Translations under genes and position numbers: made by a program
Shown here: positions 49,582-59,746 of the stretch, in pieces
How positions within the stretch are numbered: the first letter of the stretch is position 1
Layout: every line of letters starts with the position of its first letter
The notes under the pieces: model-generated
Databases searched by the model: none
What the model saw: the letters and a program-made list of their open reading frames with translations, nothing else
What the model was told of the DNA's origin: nothing
Assembly (NCBI GenBank): GCA_965232515.1
Contig: CBDDPY010000002.1
Span: 3,360,001-3,424,000, forward strand
From: Alphaproteobacteria bacterium
GTDB taxonomy: Bacteria; Pseudomonadota; Alphaproteobacteria; GCA-2731375
Direction: 5' to 3'
Length of the DNA stretch: 64,000 nucleotides

Positions 49582-50529
49582 CTACTCGTACCGGATGCGG
49601 GGGTCGATGACGGTGTAGAGCATGTCGACCACCAGGTTCGAGAAGACGAAGATCGCCGAGACCACCAGGATCGCGCCCTGCACCACGGGATAGTCGCGGT
49701 TCAGGATGCCCTGGATCAGCACGCGGCCCAGGCCCTTGATGGCGAAGACGTTCTCGACCACGACCGCGCCTGCCATCAACAGCGCCAGCGCGATGCCCAT
49801 CACCGTGACGACGGGGATGAGGGCGTTCGGCAGGGCGTGCACGAAGACGAGCTGCGGCTTCAGCAGGCCCTTGGAGCGGGCGACGCGGATGAAGTCGGTC
49901 TTCAACACCTCGAGCATGGACGAGCGGATCATGCGGGCCATGATCGCCGCGAACGGCGTGCCGACGGCGATCGCCGGCATGATCAGGTGCGAGAACCAGG
50001 GCCAAAAGCCTTCGGCCAGCGGCACGTAGCCGATGGCCGGCAACCATTGCAGCTGGGCCGCGAAGACGATGATCAACAGGATCGCCAGCCAGAAGTCCGG
50101 CATGCTGAGCCCGAGGAAGGCGACCACCGTGACGCCGTGGTCGAGCGCAGAGTGTTTTCGGAGCGCCGAGATCAGGCCGGCCGGCACGGCGATGATGAGC
50201 GCCAGAAAGAAGGCGAGCACCGTGAGCGAGATGGTGCGCGGGAAGGCCTCGGCGATGATCTGCGAGACCGGCACGCGGCTGCCGTAGATCGAGGCGCCGA
50301 GATTGCCCTGCAGCACCTGAACGAAGTATTTGCCGTACTGCACGTAGGTCGGCTGATCGAGGCCGAAGTCCTCGCGCATCTGCTCGGCCGCGGCCGGATC
50401 GCCGGTGTCGAAGACCATGGCCAAGAGTGGGTCGCCCGGCACGGCGCGCAGCATGAAGAAGACCAAGGTCGCCACCGCCCACATGACGACGATGGCGCCG
50501 AGCGTGCGTCGCAAAAGGTATTTCGTCAT
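49582..50529 (-). CDS. Peptide/nickel ABC permease (DppB-like)
   Basis: PGDP, ARSKGL, HALPNA, RDYPVVQG. Confidence 0.94.
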   Translation of the reverse strand: MTKYLLRRTLGAIVVMWAVATLVFFMLRAVPGDPLLAMVFDTGDPAAAEQMREDFGLDQPTYVQYGKYFVQVLQGNLGASIYGSRVPVSQIIAEAFPRTISLTVLAFFLALIIAVPAGLISALRKHSALDHGVTVVAFLGLSMPDFWLAILLIIVFAAQLQWLPAIGYVPLAEGFWPWFSHLIMPAIAVGTPFAAIMARMIRSSMLEVLKTDFIRVARSKGLLKPQLVFVHALPNALIPVVTVMGIALALLMAGAVVVENVFAIKGLGRVLIQGILNRDYPVVQGAILVVSAIFVFSNLVVDMLYTVIDPRIRYE

Positions 50530-50564
50530 GGCGTTAGCGTCCGATCTGTCGCACGGCCGCGCCT

Positions 50565-50649
50565 GTCATCCCGGCGAAGGCCGGGATCCATGGGGCGGCG
50601 GGCGTGTCGGCGGCGAATGCAGATGGATCCTGGCCTGCGCCAGGATGAC
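50565..50649. repeat. CGTC-type REP doublet (REPIN-like)
   Basis: GTCATCCCGGCGAAGGCCGGGATCCA...TGGATCCTGGCCTGCGCCAGGATGAC inverted pair. Confidence 0.8.
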
Positions 50650-50804
50650 GAGGGTGGCGCGCTGGACGCGTGTTCTGCTCGCGCGCACGCGGCGGGCTGA
50701 CGGTTCGGTTGCTGTCAGTGTTCGTCACGGTGTCACCGTTTGGCTGTCGAAGTGGGGCGGCGGCGCACCGGGGTGCCGATGCGCCGCTGTGGTGTCCCCT
50801 TCGG

Positions 50805-52595
50805 TCAGGCCATGGTGACGCGGTCGAGCTCGACGAGGCCGGGAATGCGGCTGATCGCCGGATAGTCGACCGATTTGCTGTGCACCAGGATCGAGATCGG
50901 GTGGAACAGGAAGGCGCAGGCAACCTTCTCAGACGTGATGCGGTTCGCCTCCTGCACCATCGCCTTGCGCTTCTCGGGATTGGTCTCGAGCCGCTGCTTA
51001 TCGATCAGCTCGTCGGCCCGCCTTTCGGAGAAATAGCCGAAGGCCATCTTTTCCTTGTCGCGCTTCAGGCCATTGAACTTGGAGTCCGTCTGCATCCAGT
51101 CGACGATGGCGTCGTCGGGATCGAAATCGCCGCCGCTGCCGAGCCGCGCGAGATCGAAGTTCATCTTCAGATAGTCGTCGAGCACGACCGGGCCATCCTT
51201 GGTTTCGAGCTCGACCTCGATGTTGAGGTTGCGCCTGAGGATGCCGGCGACGACCTGGGACTCGCGCCGGTTCGGCGGCGAGTGCAGCAGCTTCAGCTTG
51301 GGGAAGCCCTCGCCGTTCGGATAACCGGCGTCGGCCAGCAGCTGCTTCGCCACTTCGAGCTCGTAGCGTTGCGGGCTGTCTTTCTCGAGGTCCGGATCGA
51401 AATAGAAGCCCATGGCCGGGTTGACGGAACCGAAGGCCGGGATGCCGCGGCCGAACCGGGCCTGCTTGATATAGCGGTCGCGGTCGAGCGCCTTGGCGAT
51501 GGCGAGCCGCACCTTGAAGCCCTTCTCCTTCATCAGCTCCGCGACCGGCTTGTTGAAGTCAGGCACGCGGAACGGATCGCGCCAGGGATTCATCCACACG
51601 GCCTGGAAGCCGGGATCGGGCGTATCGTTGACGACGAGGTCGGGATTGGCCTCGAAGCGGTCGATCAGTTCGGGCGCCGGCGCGTTGCCGCCGATCAGCT
51701 GCACGTCGCCGGCCTCGATCGCGGCCGCCAAGGGCTCGGGGTCGGAGATCGGCGTGATCGTAACCTTGTCGAGCATTGGCCGTTCGGGGTCGTAGTAGTT
51801 CTCGTTGCGCTCGAGCACGACGCCCTGGCCAAGCTGATGGAACGTGATCTTGAACGGCCCGGTGCCGACCGGCGTGAGGCCATATTGCGGATCGCCCATG
51901 GCCTTCAGCGCGCCGCGGCTGACGATGGTCATGGCGCGGCCACTGGAGCGTTCCAGCGTCTTCACCAGGAACGAGGCCTGCGGCGCTTTCAGCGCGATCT
52001 TCACCTTGTAGTCGCCCATCGCCTCGATGCCGGCGACGTTGGCGACGACGCGGGAATGGATCGACTGTTTCGGATCGCTGGAGCGGTTGTAGGTGAAGAC
52101 CACGTCCTCGGCGGTAAACGGATCGCCGTTGTGGAAGGTGACGCCTTCGCGCAGGTTGAAGGTCCATTCCTTGCCGTCGTCGGACACCGACCATTCGGTG
52201 GCAAGATCGCCTTCCGCGACGAGATCGGCGTTGATGTGCGTGAGTCCGCTCAACGCATTCGAGGTGATCTGGAACTGCAGCACCTGGTTCATGCGGGCCG
52301 GATCCAGCGTGACAATCTCGTTGGCGCCGGCCCAGGCCGCACGCAGATGGCCGCCGCGCTTCGCGGCCATGGCCGGCCGGGCGCCGATGCCAGTCATGAG
52401 ATGAGCGGCGGTGAGCGTGCCCGCCGCCGCCATCAGCCGCAGCACGGTCCGGCGCTCGAGGCGCGGGCCGGAAAGCGCGGCCCGGTCGAGGCCGAACAGC
52501 GGGTCCCGCGGGTCGAAGTCGTAGGCCTGTTCAAGCTCACGACGTACGCGGTCCTCAGACGATACAGGTAAGGGTGTCGTTGTTTTCCTGGTCAT
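50805..52595 (-). CDS. ABC substrate-binding protein, family 5, Tat-like signal
   Basis: ERRTVL twin-Arg, LREGVTFHNG.PFTAEDV, GTGPF. Confidence 0.93.
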   Translation of the reverse strand: MTRKTTTPLPVSSEDRVRRELEQAYDFDPRDPLFGLDRAALSGPRLERRTVLRLMAAAGTLTAAHLMTGIGARPAMAAKRGGHLRAAWAGANEIVTLDPARMNQVLQFQITSNALSGLTHINADLVAEGDLATEWSVSDDGKEWTFNLREGVTFHNGDPFTAEDVVFTYNRSSDPKQSIHSRVVANVAGIEAMGDYKVKIALKAPQASFLVKTLERSSGRAMTIVSRGALKAMGDPQYGLTPVGTGPFKITFHQLGQGVVLERNENYYDPERPMLDKVTITPISDPEPLAAAIEAGDVQLIGGNAPAPELIDRFEANPDLVVNDTPDPGFQAVWMNPWRDPFRVPDFNKPVAELMKEKGFKVRLAIAKALDRDRYIKQARFGRGIPAFGSVNPAMGFYFDPDLEKDSPQRYELEVAKQLLADAGYPNGEGFPKLKLLHSPPNRRESQVVAGILRRNLNIEVELETKDGPVVLDDYLKMNFDLARLGSGGDFDPDDAIVDWMQTDSKFNGLKRDKEKMAFGYFSERRADELIDKQRLETNPEKRKAMVQEANRITSEKVACAFLFHPISILVHSKSVDYPAISRIPGLVELDRVTMA

Positions 52596-52666
52596 CTTTC
52601 GCCTCCCATCGGCAATTGTGGTTGCAGGATCGTTGCGGGTTCTGGCGCCCCCCGGCGCCGGTACTG

Positions 52667-53677
52667 TCAGGAACCAATCTCCGTGCAGGCGGCCCAGTGG
52701 CCGTCGGCGACCTCGCGCAGCGGCGGCGGGTCGCGCCGGCAGCCGGCGACGGCGATCGGGCAGCGCGGGTTAAAGACGCAACCCGGCGGCGGATCCATCG
52801 GGCTCGGCACCTCGCCGCCGATGACCTGCTGCGGCCGGGTCGCCTCGATGTCGGGATCGGGCACCGGCACGGCGGCCAGCAGGGCTTTCGTATAGGGATG
52901 CTGGGGGTTGTCGAACAGCGCGTCGCATTCGGCGATCTCGACGACTTTGCCGAGATACATGACCGCGACCCGATGACAGAGATGGCGGATCACGCTGAGG
53001 TCGTGTCCGATGAACAAGTACGTCAGGCCGAACTCGGCGCGCAGCGCCTCCAGCAAGCTGATGATCTGGGCCTGGATCGAGACGTCGAGCGCCGAGACCG
53101 CCTCATCGCAGACGATGAAGTCCGGGTTCAATGCCAGCGCCCGGGCGATGCCGACCCGCTGCCGCTGGCCGCCGCTGAGCTCGTGCGGGTAGCGCTCGGC
53201 GAAGCCGGCGGCGAGACCGCAGACGTCGAGCAGCTCGCGCACGCGGCCATCGATGGCGCCGCGCTCACTCGCGTCCCAATGGATGTAGAGCGGCTCGCCG
53301 ATGATCTCGCCCACCTTCATGCGCGGGTTCAGCGAGCTGTAGGGGTCCTGGAAGATCGCCTGGACGCGGCGGCGGAAGCCCCTGACGCCGTCGCCGTCGA
53401 GCGCGGCGATGTCGTCACCGGCGAACCGGATCACGCCGCCGGTCGGTTCTTCGAGCTTGAGGATGCAGCGGCTGATCGTCGTCTTGCCGCAGCCGGATTC
53501 GCCAACGAGCCCCAGCGTCTCGCCGCGCGCGATGGTAAAGCTGACACCATCGACGGCCTTGACCTGTCCGACGACGCGCTCGAACAGCATACCCTTGGTG
53601 ACGGGGAAGTATTTCTGCAGCCCGTCCAGTTCGAGGAGGGACTCGGCGGAACCGGATGCATGTGTCGACTGCAGCAT
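52667..53677 (-). CDS. Peptide ABC ATPase (DppF-like)
   Basis: [20 protein letters not shown]. Confidence 0.95.
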   Translation of the reverse strand: MLQSTHASGSAESLLELDGLQKYFPVTKGMLFERVVGQVKAVDGVSFTIARGETLGLVGESGCGKTTISRCILKLEEPTGGVIRFAGDDIAALDGDGVRGFRRRVQAIFQDPYSSLNPRMKVGEIIGEPLYIHWDASERGAIDGRVRELLDVCGLAAGFAERYPHELSGGQRQRVGIARALALNPDFIVCDEAVSALDVSIQAQIISLLEALRAEFGLTYLFIGHDLSVIRHLCHRVAVMYLGKVVEIAECDALFDNPQHPYTKALLAAVPVPDPDIEATRPQQVIGGEVPSPMDPPPGCVFNPRCPIAVAGCRRDPPPLREVADGHWAACTEIGS

Positions 53678-53691
53678 GGTTCCGCGCGCCC

Positions 53692-54726
53692 TCAGGCCGG
53701 CGTTACCGACGGCAGCGCCGCGATCTGCCAGCAGGCGGAATCGTGACCGCCGCCGACATGGTGCAGGGGCGGCACCTCTTCGCCGCACTGCGCGGTGGCG
53801 AACCGACAGCGCGGCCGAAAGGCGCAGCCGACAATGTCCGCGGTCAGATCCGGCGGATTGCCCGGGATCGGATCGAGCGCAGCGCCGCGCGGGCGGTCAA
53901 GCCGCGGCACCGATTCCAAAAGACCGATCGTGTAGGGGTGGCTGGGGTGGCGGTAGATCTCGCGCGCCGGCCCCTGCTCGATGATGCGGCCGGCATACAT
54001 CACGTTCACCCGGTGGGTGTAGCGGGCGACGATGCCGAGATTGTGCGTGATGATGATCAGCGCAACGCCGAGCCGCCGGCAGAGGTCCTGCATCAGCGCC
54101 AGGATCTGCGCCTGGATTGTCACATCCAACGCAGTGGTCGGCTCGTCGGCGATGATCAGCGCCGGCTCGCAGCTCAGGGCCATGGCGATCATCACCCGCT
54201 GGCGCATGCCGCCGCTGAGGTGATGCGGATATTGCGTCAGCCGCCGCGCGGGATCGGAGATCCCGACCATGGTCAGCAGCTCGATCGCACGCTCGCGGGC
54301 CGCCGATGCCGAGAGGCCCAGATGCAGGCGCATGGTTTCGGTGAGCTGCCGGCCGATCGACAGCACCGGGTTCAACGAGGTCATCGGCTCCTGGAAGATC
54401 ATGGCAATCTGCCGGCCGCGGATGTGGCGGATGCCGTCCTCGTCGAGCTGCAGGAGATCGGTGCCGCGGAAATGCGCCGTGCCGCCGACGATGCGGCCGG
54501 GCGGCTGCGGCACCAGGCCGAGAGTCGCCAGCGCGCTGACCGATTTGCCGCTGCCGGATTCGCCGACCACGGCGACGATCTCGCCGGGCGAGACGCTGTA
54601 GGAAACGCCGTTGACGGCGCGAACGATGCCGATCGGCGTGCGGAACTCGACCGTCAGGTCGCGGATCTGCAGCAGCTCGTGCCGCGCCGCGTCGTCGACG
54701 GGCTGGACGACCCCCGGTTCGGCCAT
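53692..54726 (-). CDS. Peptide ABC ATPase (DppD-like)
   Basis: [24 protein letters not shown]. Confidence 0.95.
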   Translation of the reverse strand: MAEPGVVQPVDDAARHELLQIRDLTVEFRTPIGIVRAVNGVSYSVSPGEIVAVVGESGSGKSVSALATLGLVPQPPGRIVGGTAHFRGTDLLQLDEDGIRHIRGRQIAMIFQEPMTSLNPVLSIGRQLTETMRLHLGLSASAARERAIELLTMVGISDPARRLTQYPHHLSGGMRQRVMIAMALSCEPALIIADEPTTALDVTIQAQILALMQDLCRRLGVALIIITHNLGIVARYTHRVNVMYAGRIIEQGPAREIYRHPSHPYTIGLLESVPRLDRPRGAALDPIPGNPPDLTADIVGCAFRPRCRFATAQCGEEVPPLHHVGGGHDSACWQIAALPSVTPA

Positions 54727-54850
54727 CCGTCAGCGCCTCCGGCGATCGCTATCGCGGCGGCGCGTCTGCTCGGCCGCCCGTTCAGGCAATAGGTTCGCGG
54801 TCCCCGACAAGAGGGTCGTTGCCACCTCCACCGTTGCATCGCCTGAGGCG

Positions 54851-54880
54851 ATCATTATCATTATCGATAACGATAATGAT
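54851..54880. promoter_or_regulatory. 30-bp palindromic operator
   Basis: ATCATTATCATTATCGATAACGATAATGAT, one mismatched pair; lies between the divergent dpp operon and gntR. Confidence 0.75.
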
Positions 54881-54905
54881 TCGTGGTCTGGAAGCGCCTG
54901 TCAAT

Positions 54906-55655
54906 ATGTTGAAGCTATCGCCAGCCCTGGCGGAGGCTCAAACGCCGCTGCTGCGCGTGCGCAAGAGCAACGCCGTCTACCACGCGCTGAAGCGGTCGAT
55001 CCTGCTGCGCGAAGCGCTGCCGGGTGCGGCGATCGTCGAGCAGCACATCGCCCAACAGATGGGCTGCAGCCAGGGCACGGTGCGCGAGGCGCTGCTGCGC
55101 CTGCAGGAGGACGGCCTGGTGGCGCGGCGCGGCTATCAGGGCACTGTTGTGTCGACGACCTCGCCGGCCGAGGCGGCGCAGATGGCCCGCATCCGTATCG
55201 ATCTGGAGACGGACGGCATCCGCCTCGCCGCGGCGGCGATGCCGGTGGCCGATATCGAGGCGCTCAACGATCTGATCGCGCGCATGGAAGCGGCGCAGGC
55301 GATCGGCGATCACTATCAGTCGAGCGAGCTCGATCGGGAGTTCCACCTGACGATCTTCCAGGCCTCGGGACTGACGGCGCTGGAACCGATCCTGACGCGC
55401 TGCGCGCTGCACATGCACCGCTACACCTTCGGCAACGAGGACAAGGAGGAGACCGGCGCCACGGCTGGCGATCAGCACCGCGACATCCTGAAAGCGTTGG
55501 AGAACCGCGACGCCGACGCCGCCGCGCAGATCCTGGAAGCCCATATCATGGCGGTGATCGATTTCTGGTCACCGACCCTGCGCCGCGCCATGGACGGCGA
55601 CGGCGCGCAGGTTCCGGTCGCGCCAGCGTCGGAGATCCGGACGACGGCCGACTAG
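54906..55655 (+). CDS. GntR family regulator (FCD domain)
   Basis: SQGTVREAL.RL..DGLV, DREFH, QHRDIL. Confidence 0.92.
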   Translation: MLKLSPALAEAQTPLLRVRKSNAVYHALKRSILLREALPGAAIVEQHIAQQMGCSQGTVREALLRLQEDGLVARRGYQGTVVSTTSPAEAAQMARIRIDLETDGIRLAAAAMPVADIEALNDLIARMEAAQAIGDHYQSSELDREFHLTIFQASGLTALEPILTRCALHMHRYTFGNEDKEETGATAGDQHRDILKALENRDADAAAQILEAHIMAVIDFWSPTLRRAMDGDGAQVPVAPASEIRTTAD

Positions 55656-55758
55656 CAAGCACCGACAGTTCGGGCACGGCGGCGCAGTACGACGGGCGCG
55701 ACTTGTACGGCGCCCGCGCGACGCGATCGCCCCCGGCCACTTCGTGCAGCCGGCGATC

Positions 55759-55856
55759 TAGGGGTCAGGCCATCTAGGGGTCAGGGAAATGAGGTTGGTT
55801 GCCAGCCATGATATGGAACCGCGGCCGTCCTCATTTGGTCCATGACCTGACCCCTA
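55759..55856. repeat. REP-like hairpin element, copy 1 (degenerate, left end duplicated)
   Basis: TAGGGGTCAGG occurs twice, then AAATGAGGTTGGTTGCCAGCC...CCTCATTT...GACCTGACCCCTA. Confidence 0.75.
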
Positions 55857-55945
55857 ATCCTTTGATCTTGAAGATTGTTTTATTTTGGCCCTATTCTTGC
55901 GCCAGTTTTCATCGGCAGATGGGCCTTATTCCAACAGGGGGGACT

Positions 55946-56536
55946 ATGCTCAGGACACTCATCATCGCGGCGGCACTGACGCTCGTTTTGCCGCAGACGG
56001 CGAAAGCCGCGCCCGTGCTCGACGTCAGCCCATCGGGCTTCTTGCTCGGCGCCACTGGGGTCGATGTTGGCGGCACACTGTTCGACGTCGAGTTTATCGG
56101 TGGAACCTGCATTTCCCGGTTCAGCGGTTGCGACAATGCGGCCGATGATTTCGCCTTCACGACGGAAGCGGACGCCGTGGTGGCGGCCTCGGCCTTGCTC
56201 GACAGCGTGCTGTTAGACGGCCCGCTCGGTGACTTCGACAGCGACGCGGGGCTGACAAGAAGCTGTGGACCCTCCTGCGACATTTTCGTGCCGTTCGCAA
56301 CCGACGGCATCGAGTTTACCGCCATCGTCGCGTCGAACGACGATGACGAGGCCGATGATGAAGTCAGCTCGTCGCCCGCGTCTTTGCCGATTGACTTGAA
56401 CCTGGACCTTATTGAGATCGCCACCTTTGCCGTCTTCACCCCTAGCGAAGCCGTAGAGGTGCCCGCGCCGGCGTCCTTGGGTCTGCTTGCCGTCGGCCTC
56501 GCCGGTCTCGGCCTCGCCCGGCGGCGGCGCGGCTGA
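55946..56536 (+). CDS. PEP-CTERM-like exported protein
   Basis: Signal peptide; acidic; VPAPASLGLLAVGLAGLGLARRRRG terminus. Confidence 0.88.
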   Translation: MLRTLIIAAALTLVLPQTAKAAPVLDVSPSGFLLGATGVDVGGTLFDVEFIGGTCISRFSGCDNAADDFAFTTEADAVVAASALLDSVLLDGPLGDFDSDAGLTRSCGPSCDIFVPFATDGIEFTAIVASNDDDEADDEVSSSPASLPIDLNLDLIEIATFAVFTPSEAVEVPAPASLGLLAVGLAGLGLARRRRG

Positions 56537-56550
56537 GAGGTTTTTGCATA

Positions 56551-56640
56551 TAGGAGTCAGGTCTTGGATTAAATGAGGTTGGTTGCCAGCCGCGATATGG
56601 AATCGCGGCCAACCTCATTTAATCCAAGACATGACTCCTA
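56551..56640. repeat. REP-like hairpin element, copy 2
   Basis: 32-bp inverted arms with one mismatch and an inner CCGCGAT/ATCGCGG stem; direct repeat of the copy 1 core. Confidence 0.85.
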
Positions 56641-58233
56641 ATCCTTCAAGGCGAAGATGGTCACCTTGGCCGTGCTTGCACGGAGCCACCAGAATCGCGC
56701 CGCCGCGCCCGAGGTCACGGCCAGGTACTGCCGGCCGTCGATCGCATAGGTAACGACGCCGCCGGCGAGCGGCGCGCCAAGGTCGTGCCGATAGAGCACC
56801 CTGCCGTCACGGGCGTCGAGCGCCAGAACATGACCCGTCAGTTCGCCGGTGAAGATCAGGTCGGCCGAGGTGGCGACGATACCGGCCAGCATCGGGCGAT
56901 CCGAGCGATAGCGCCAGCGGATGGCGCCGGTCGCGGCGTCGATCGCGGTGAGCCAGCCATGCGCATCCGCCAAGGGATCGGGGCGGAAGCCGCCGCCCAT
57001 ATAAACCTCGCCCGGCCGGTAGAAGACATCGACATGCTTGTTATAGGTGCCGCACCAATCGACCGACGACACGAACAGCGCATCAAGGCCGGGATTGTAG
57101 GCGGGGCCGTTCCACTGCACGCCACCGAGCACGCCGGGACAGGCATGCACGCCCTCGTGCGTCAGCGCCGCGTCGACATTCTTCTGCGTCGCGACGGGGA
57201 CCTCGTAGACCAGCGCGCCCGATCCGCGGTCGAGCACGCGCAGCACGCCCTCCTTGCCGACGCTGGTCACGAGGTCGCGCGCCTGCCCGTCGATCACGGT
57301 CGAAAACAACGGACTGGCCTGGGTCAGATCCCAGTTATGGATGTCGTGCGGCACGGTCTGATGATGCCAGCGGCGTTCGCCGGTCCGGGCGTCGAGCGCC
57401 AACACGGAATCGGTATAGAGGTTGTCGCCGGGCCGGACCTCGCCGAGGAAATACGGCGCCGGATTGCCGACCGGCACGAAAACCGTGCCCGTGGCGACGT
57501 CGAGCGACAGCGGCGTCCAGATGCCGCCGCCGCCGACAACCCGGTCGGGCGCGTTGCGCCAGGTCTCGGCGCCAGGCTCGCCGGCCGCCGGCACGGTGTT
57601 GAAACGCCAGACCGGTTCGCCGTCGCGCAAACGAAAGGCGCCGACCCAGCCCTTGACGGCGTTCTCGCCGCCGGCCGGGCCGATGATGACCAGATCCTCG
57701 AAGATCACTGGCGCCATGGTCACCCTGGCGCCGGCCGCGACGTCGACGATCTGCCGGTCCCAGATCGGCGCTCCACTCGCCGCGTCGAGCGCCAGCAGGT
57801 AACCGTCGGCGGTGCCGCGCACGAGCCGACCGGCCTTCAAGGCGGCGCCCCGATTCGACGCCCAGCGCCTGTCGGCCTTCAGCGTCCAGAGATGCCGCCA
57901 GCGCTCGGTGCAGGTCGCGGCGTCGAGCGCGACGGTCTCGACAGTCGTCGTCAAGTACATGACGCCGCGGTCGACCAACGGACTGGGGTAGAAGGGATCA
58001 GTGCCGCCGATGTCGATGCGGCAAACCGGCGCCAGGCCGGCGACGTTGTCGCGGTTGACGAGATCGAGAGCGACGAACCGCCGGCCGCCGTAGTCGTGGT
58101 TCGTCAGCAGCCAGTCGGACGAACGGTCGGCCGCGTTCAACTCCGCCTGCGTCGGCCGCGGTTGCGACCAGGCGCCGTTGCAGATCAGCGCACCGAACAA
58201 GCCGGCCAGTACCAACCTCCGCGAACCGTTCAT
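56638..58233 (-). CDS. PQQ-dependent dehydrogenase-like beta-propeller protein
   Basis: Signal peptide, repeated ALDA.TG..W motifs, GGGIW, GDNLYTDS, CPG..GG..W, DGRQY. Confidence 0.88.
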   Translation of the reverse strand: MNGSRRLVLAGLFGALICNGAWSQPRPTQAELNAADRSSDWLLTNHDYGGRRFVALDLVNRDNVAGLAPVCRIDIGGTDPFYPSPLVDRGVMYLTTTVETVALDAATCTERWRHLWTLKADRRWASNRGAALKAGRLVRGTADGYLLALDAASGAPIWDRQIVDVAAGARVTMAPVIFEDLVIIGPAGGENAVKGWVGAFRLRDGEPVWRFNTVPAAGEPGAETWRNAPDRVVGGGGIWTPLSLDVATGTVFVPVGNPAPYFLGEVRPGDNLYTDSVLALDARTGERRWHHQTVPHDIHNWDLTQASPLFSTVIDGQARDLVTSVGKEGVLRVLDRGSGALVYEVPVATQKNVDAALTHEGVHACPGVLGGVQWNGPAYNPGLDALFVSSVDWCGTYNKHVDVFYRPGEVYMGGGFRPDPLADAHGWLTAIDAATGAIRWRYRSDRPMLAGIVATSADLIFTGELTGHVLALDARDGRVLYRHDLGAPLAGGVVTYAIDGRQYLAVTSGAAARFWWLRASTAKVTIFALKD

Positions 58234-58327
58234 GCATCGCCCTCCCGTCGATCGTGAACGAACCCAATCGTGACATTGGCGCGGTTCAGGTCAATCAGGA
58301 TTGGCAGAACCGAACGGCTCTCGGCCA

Positions 58328-58669
58328 TCACGCATTCTCCAGGTGCAGGGCGAGCCAGAGCGTGGGTCCGTCCGGAGCCGTCATTTCGACGCGATGGCGG
58401 CAATGGGCCGGCAGCAGCAGGCTGTCGCCGGGTGCGAGGTCATGGTCGTGGTGGTCGCCGTCGGCGGCCTCGATACGCAGGCGCGCCGCGCCGGCCAGCA
58501 GCAGGATCCATTCGTCCTGGGTCTGGTCGTACCATTCGCCGGGTGGCGTCGCCTGCCCGCGCGAGACGATGCGTTCGAGGCGCAGGCCCCGGCGCTGCAA
58601 CAACGGCTCGAATACCTCCGCGCCGTCGTCCGGCGGCAGATTGCGCAGGAGGTTGCGGATCTCCGTCAT
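58328..58669 (-). CDS. Cupin domain protein
   Basis: LERIVS.GQATP.GEWYDQ..DEW, PAHCRHRV. Confidence 0.88.
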   Translation of the reverse strand: MTEIRNLLRNLPPDDGAEVFEPLLQRRGLRLERIVSRGQATPPGEWYDQTQDEWILLLAGAARLRIEAADGDHHDHDLAPGDSLLLPAHCRHRVEMTAPDGPTLWLALHLENA

Positions 58670-58689
58670 GGCGCGACCCGGCGGCGTGC

Positions 58690-59742
58690 CTAGTCTTCCA
58701 GCACATCGTGGGCGTAGGCGAACAGCGCAGGCGTGCCGCCGGTGTGCAGGAAGATCACGGTGTCGTCCTTTGTCAGACGGCCGGTCTTCACATGGTCGAT
58801 CAGGCCGGCCATGGCCTTGGACGAATAGACCGGATCGAGGAAGACGCCCTCGGTCCGGGCCAGCAGGCGCAACGCCGCTCGCGATTCCGGCGTGACGATG
58901 CCGTAGCCCGGGCCGATATAGCCGTCATGATTGTCGATATCGCCGGGCTCGACGGTCAGATCGAGGCCGAGGCGGTCGGCGCAGCCCCGGGCGATGCGGG
59001 CGATGTCGACGGCGCGGTCTTCGTCCCACTTGATCGGCGCGACATTGACCAGGCGCGCGGACGGGCGCAACGCCTTCAGGCCCAGCGCCAGGCCGGCAGG
59101 CGTCATGTTGGCGCCGGATGTATAGACATGGGTCGGGTCGATGCCGGCGGCCGCGCATTGCCCGTCAAGTTCGACCGCGGCGTTGACATAGCCGACGGCG
59201 GACAGCGACAGCATCGGCAGGTCGAAGGGCGCGACGACATAGGGCTTGGCGCCGGCGGCGGCCAGGATCTCGGCCTTCTCGGCGAGCCGCAGCGGCAGCT
59301 TCTGGATGTCGTCCTCGTCGACGACCTCGACCGAAGCGCCCATCAGGTGGTCGAGCAGCAGGTTGCCCTGCAGCACGCCGCCCTTCTGTCCGTGCAGCAG
59401 CACCAATGACGCCTTCAGGCCGAGCTTGCAGGCCGCCGCCGTCATCTGCCGGCACCAGTTCGATTGCGTATAGGCACCGGCGACGATGGTGTCGGCGCCC
59501 TTGGCCTTGATGTCGGCGAACAGGAATTCGAGCTGGCGCGTCTTGTTGCCGCCAAAAGCGAGACCGGTGAGGTCGTCGCGCTTGAGCCAGATCTGCGGGC
59601 CGCCCAGTTCCGCCGTGAAGCGCGAGCAGTGATCGAGCGGCGTCGGCAGGTGCGCCAACGGAATGCGCTCGATCGTGGCGATACGGGCCGCCACGTCGTC
59701 GGCGGTGAAGGTTGGCTCGTTGCGGGTCTCGGCGATGGTCAT
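58690..59742 (-). CDS. D-cysteine desulfhydrase / cysteate sulfo-lyase family PLP enzyme
   Basis: KRDDLTG..GGNKTR, QSN, LDPVYSSKA, LHTGG. Confidence 0.88.
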   Translation of the reverse strand: MTIAETRNEPTFTADDVAARIATIERIPLAHLPTPLDHCSRFTAELGGPQIWLKRDDLTGLAFGGNKTRQLEFLFADIKAKGADTIVAGAYTQSNWCRQMTAAACKLGLKASLVLLHGQKGGVLQGNLLLDHLMGASVEVVDEDDIQKLPLRLAEKAEILAAAGAKPYVVAPFDLPMLSLSAVGYVNAAVELDGQCAAAGIDPTHVYTSGANMTPAGLALGLKALRPSARLVNVAPIKWDEDRAVDIARIARGCADRLGLDLTVEPGDIDNHDGYIGPGYGIVTPESRAALRLLARTEGVFLDPVYSSKAMAGLIDHVKTGRLTKDDTVIFLHTGGTPALFAYAHDVLED

Positions 59743-59746
59743 GGCG

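Noticed and set aside
55759-56640. CRISPR array or attC sites
   Set aside because: Only two long hairpin copies, a gene-sized interval, no cas genes and no RYYYAAC/GTTRRRY ends
58690-59742. ACC deaminase (acdS)
   Set aside because: Lacks the diagnostic Glu in DPVYEGK
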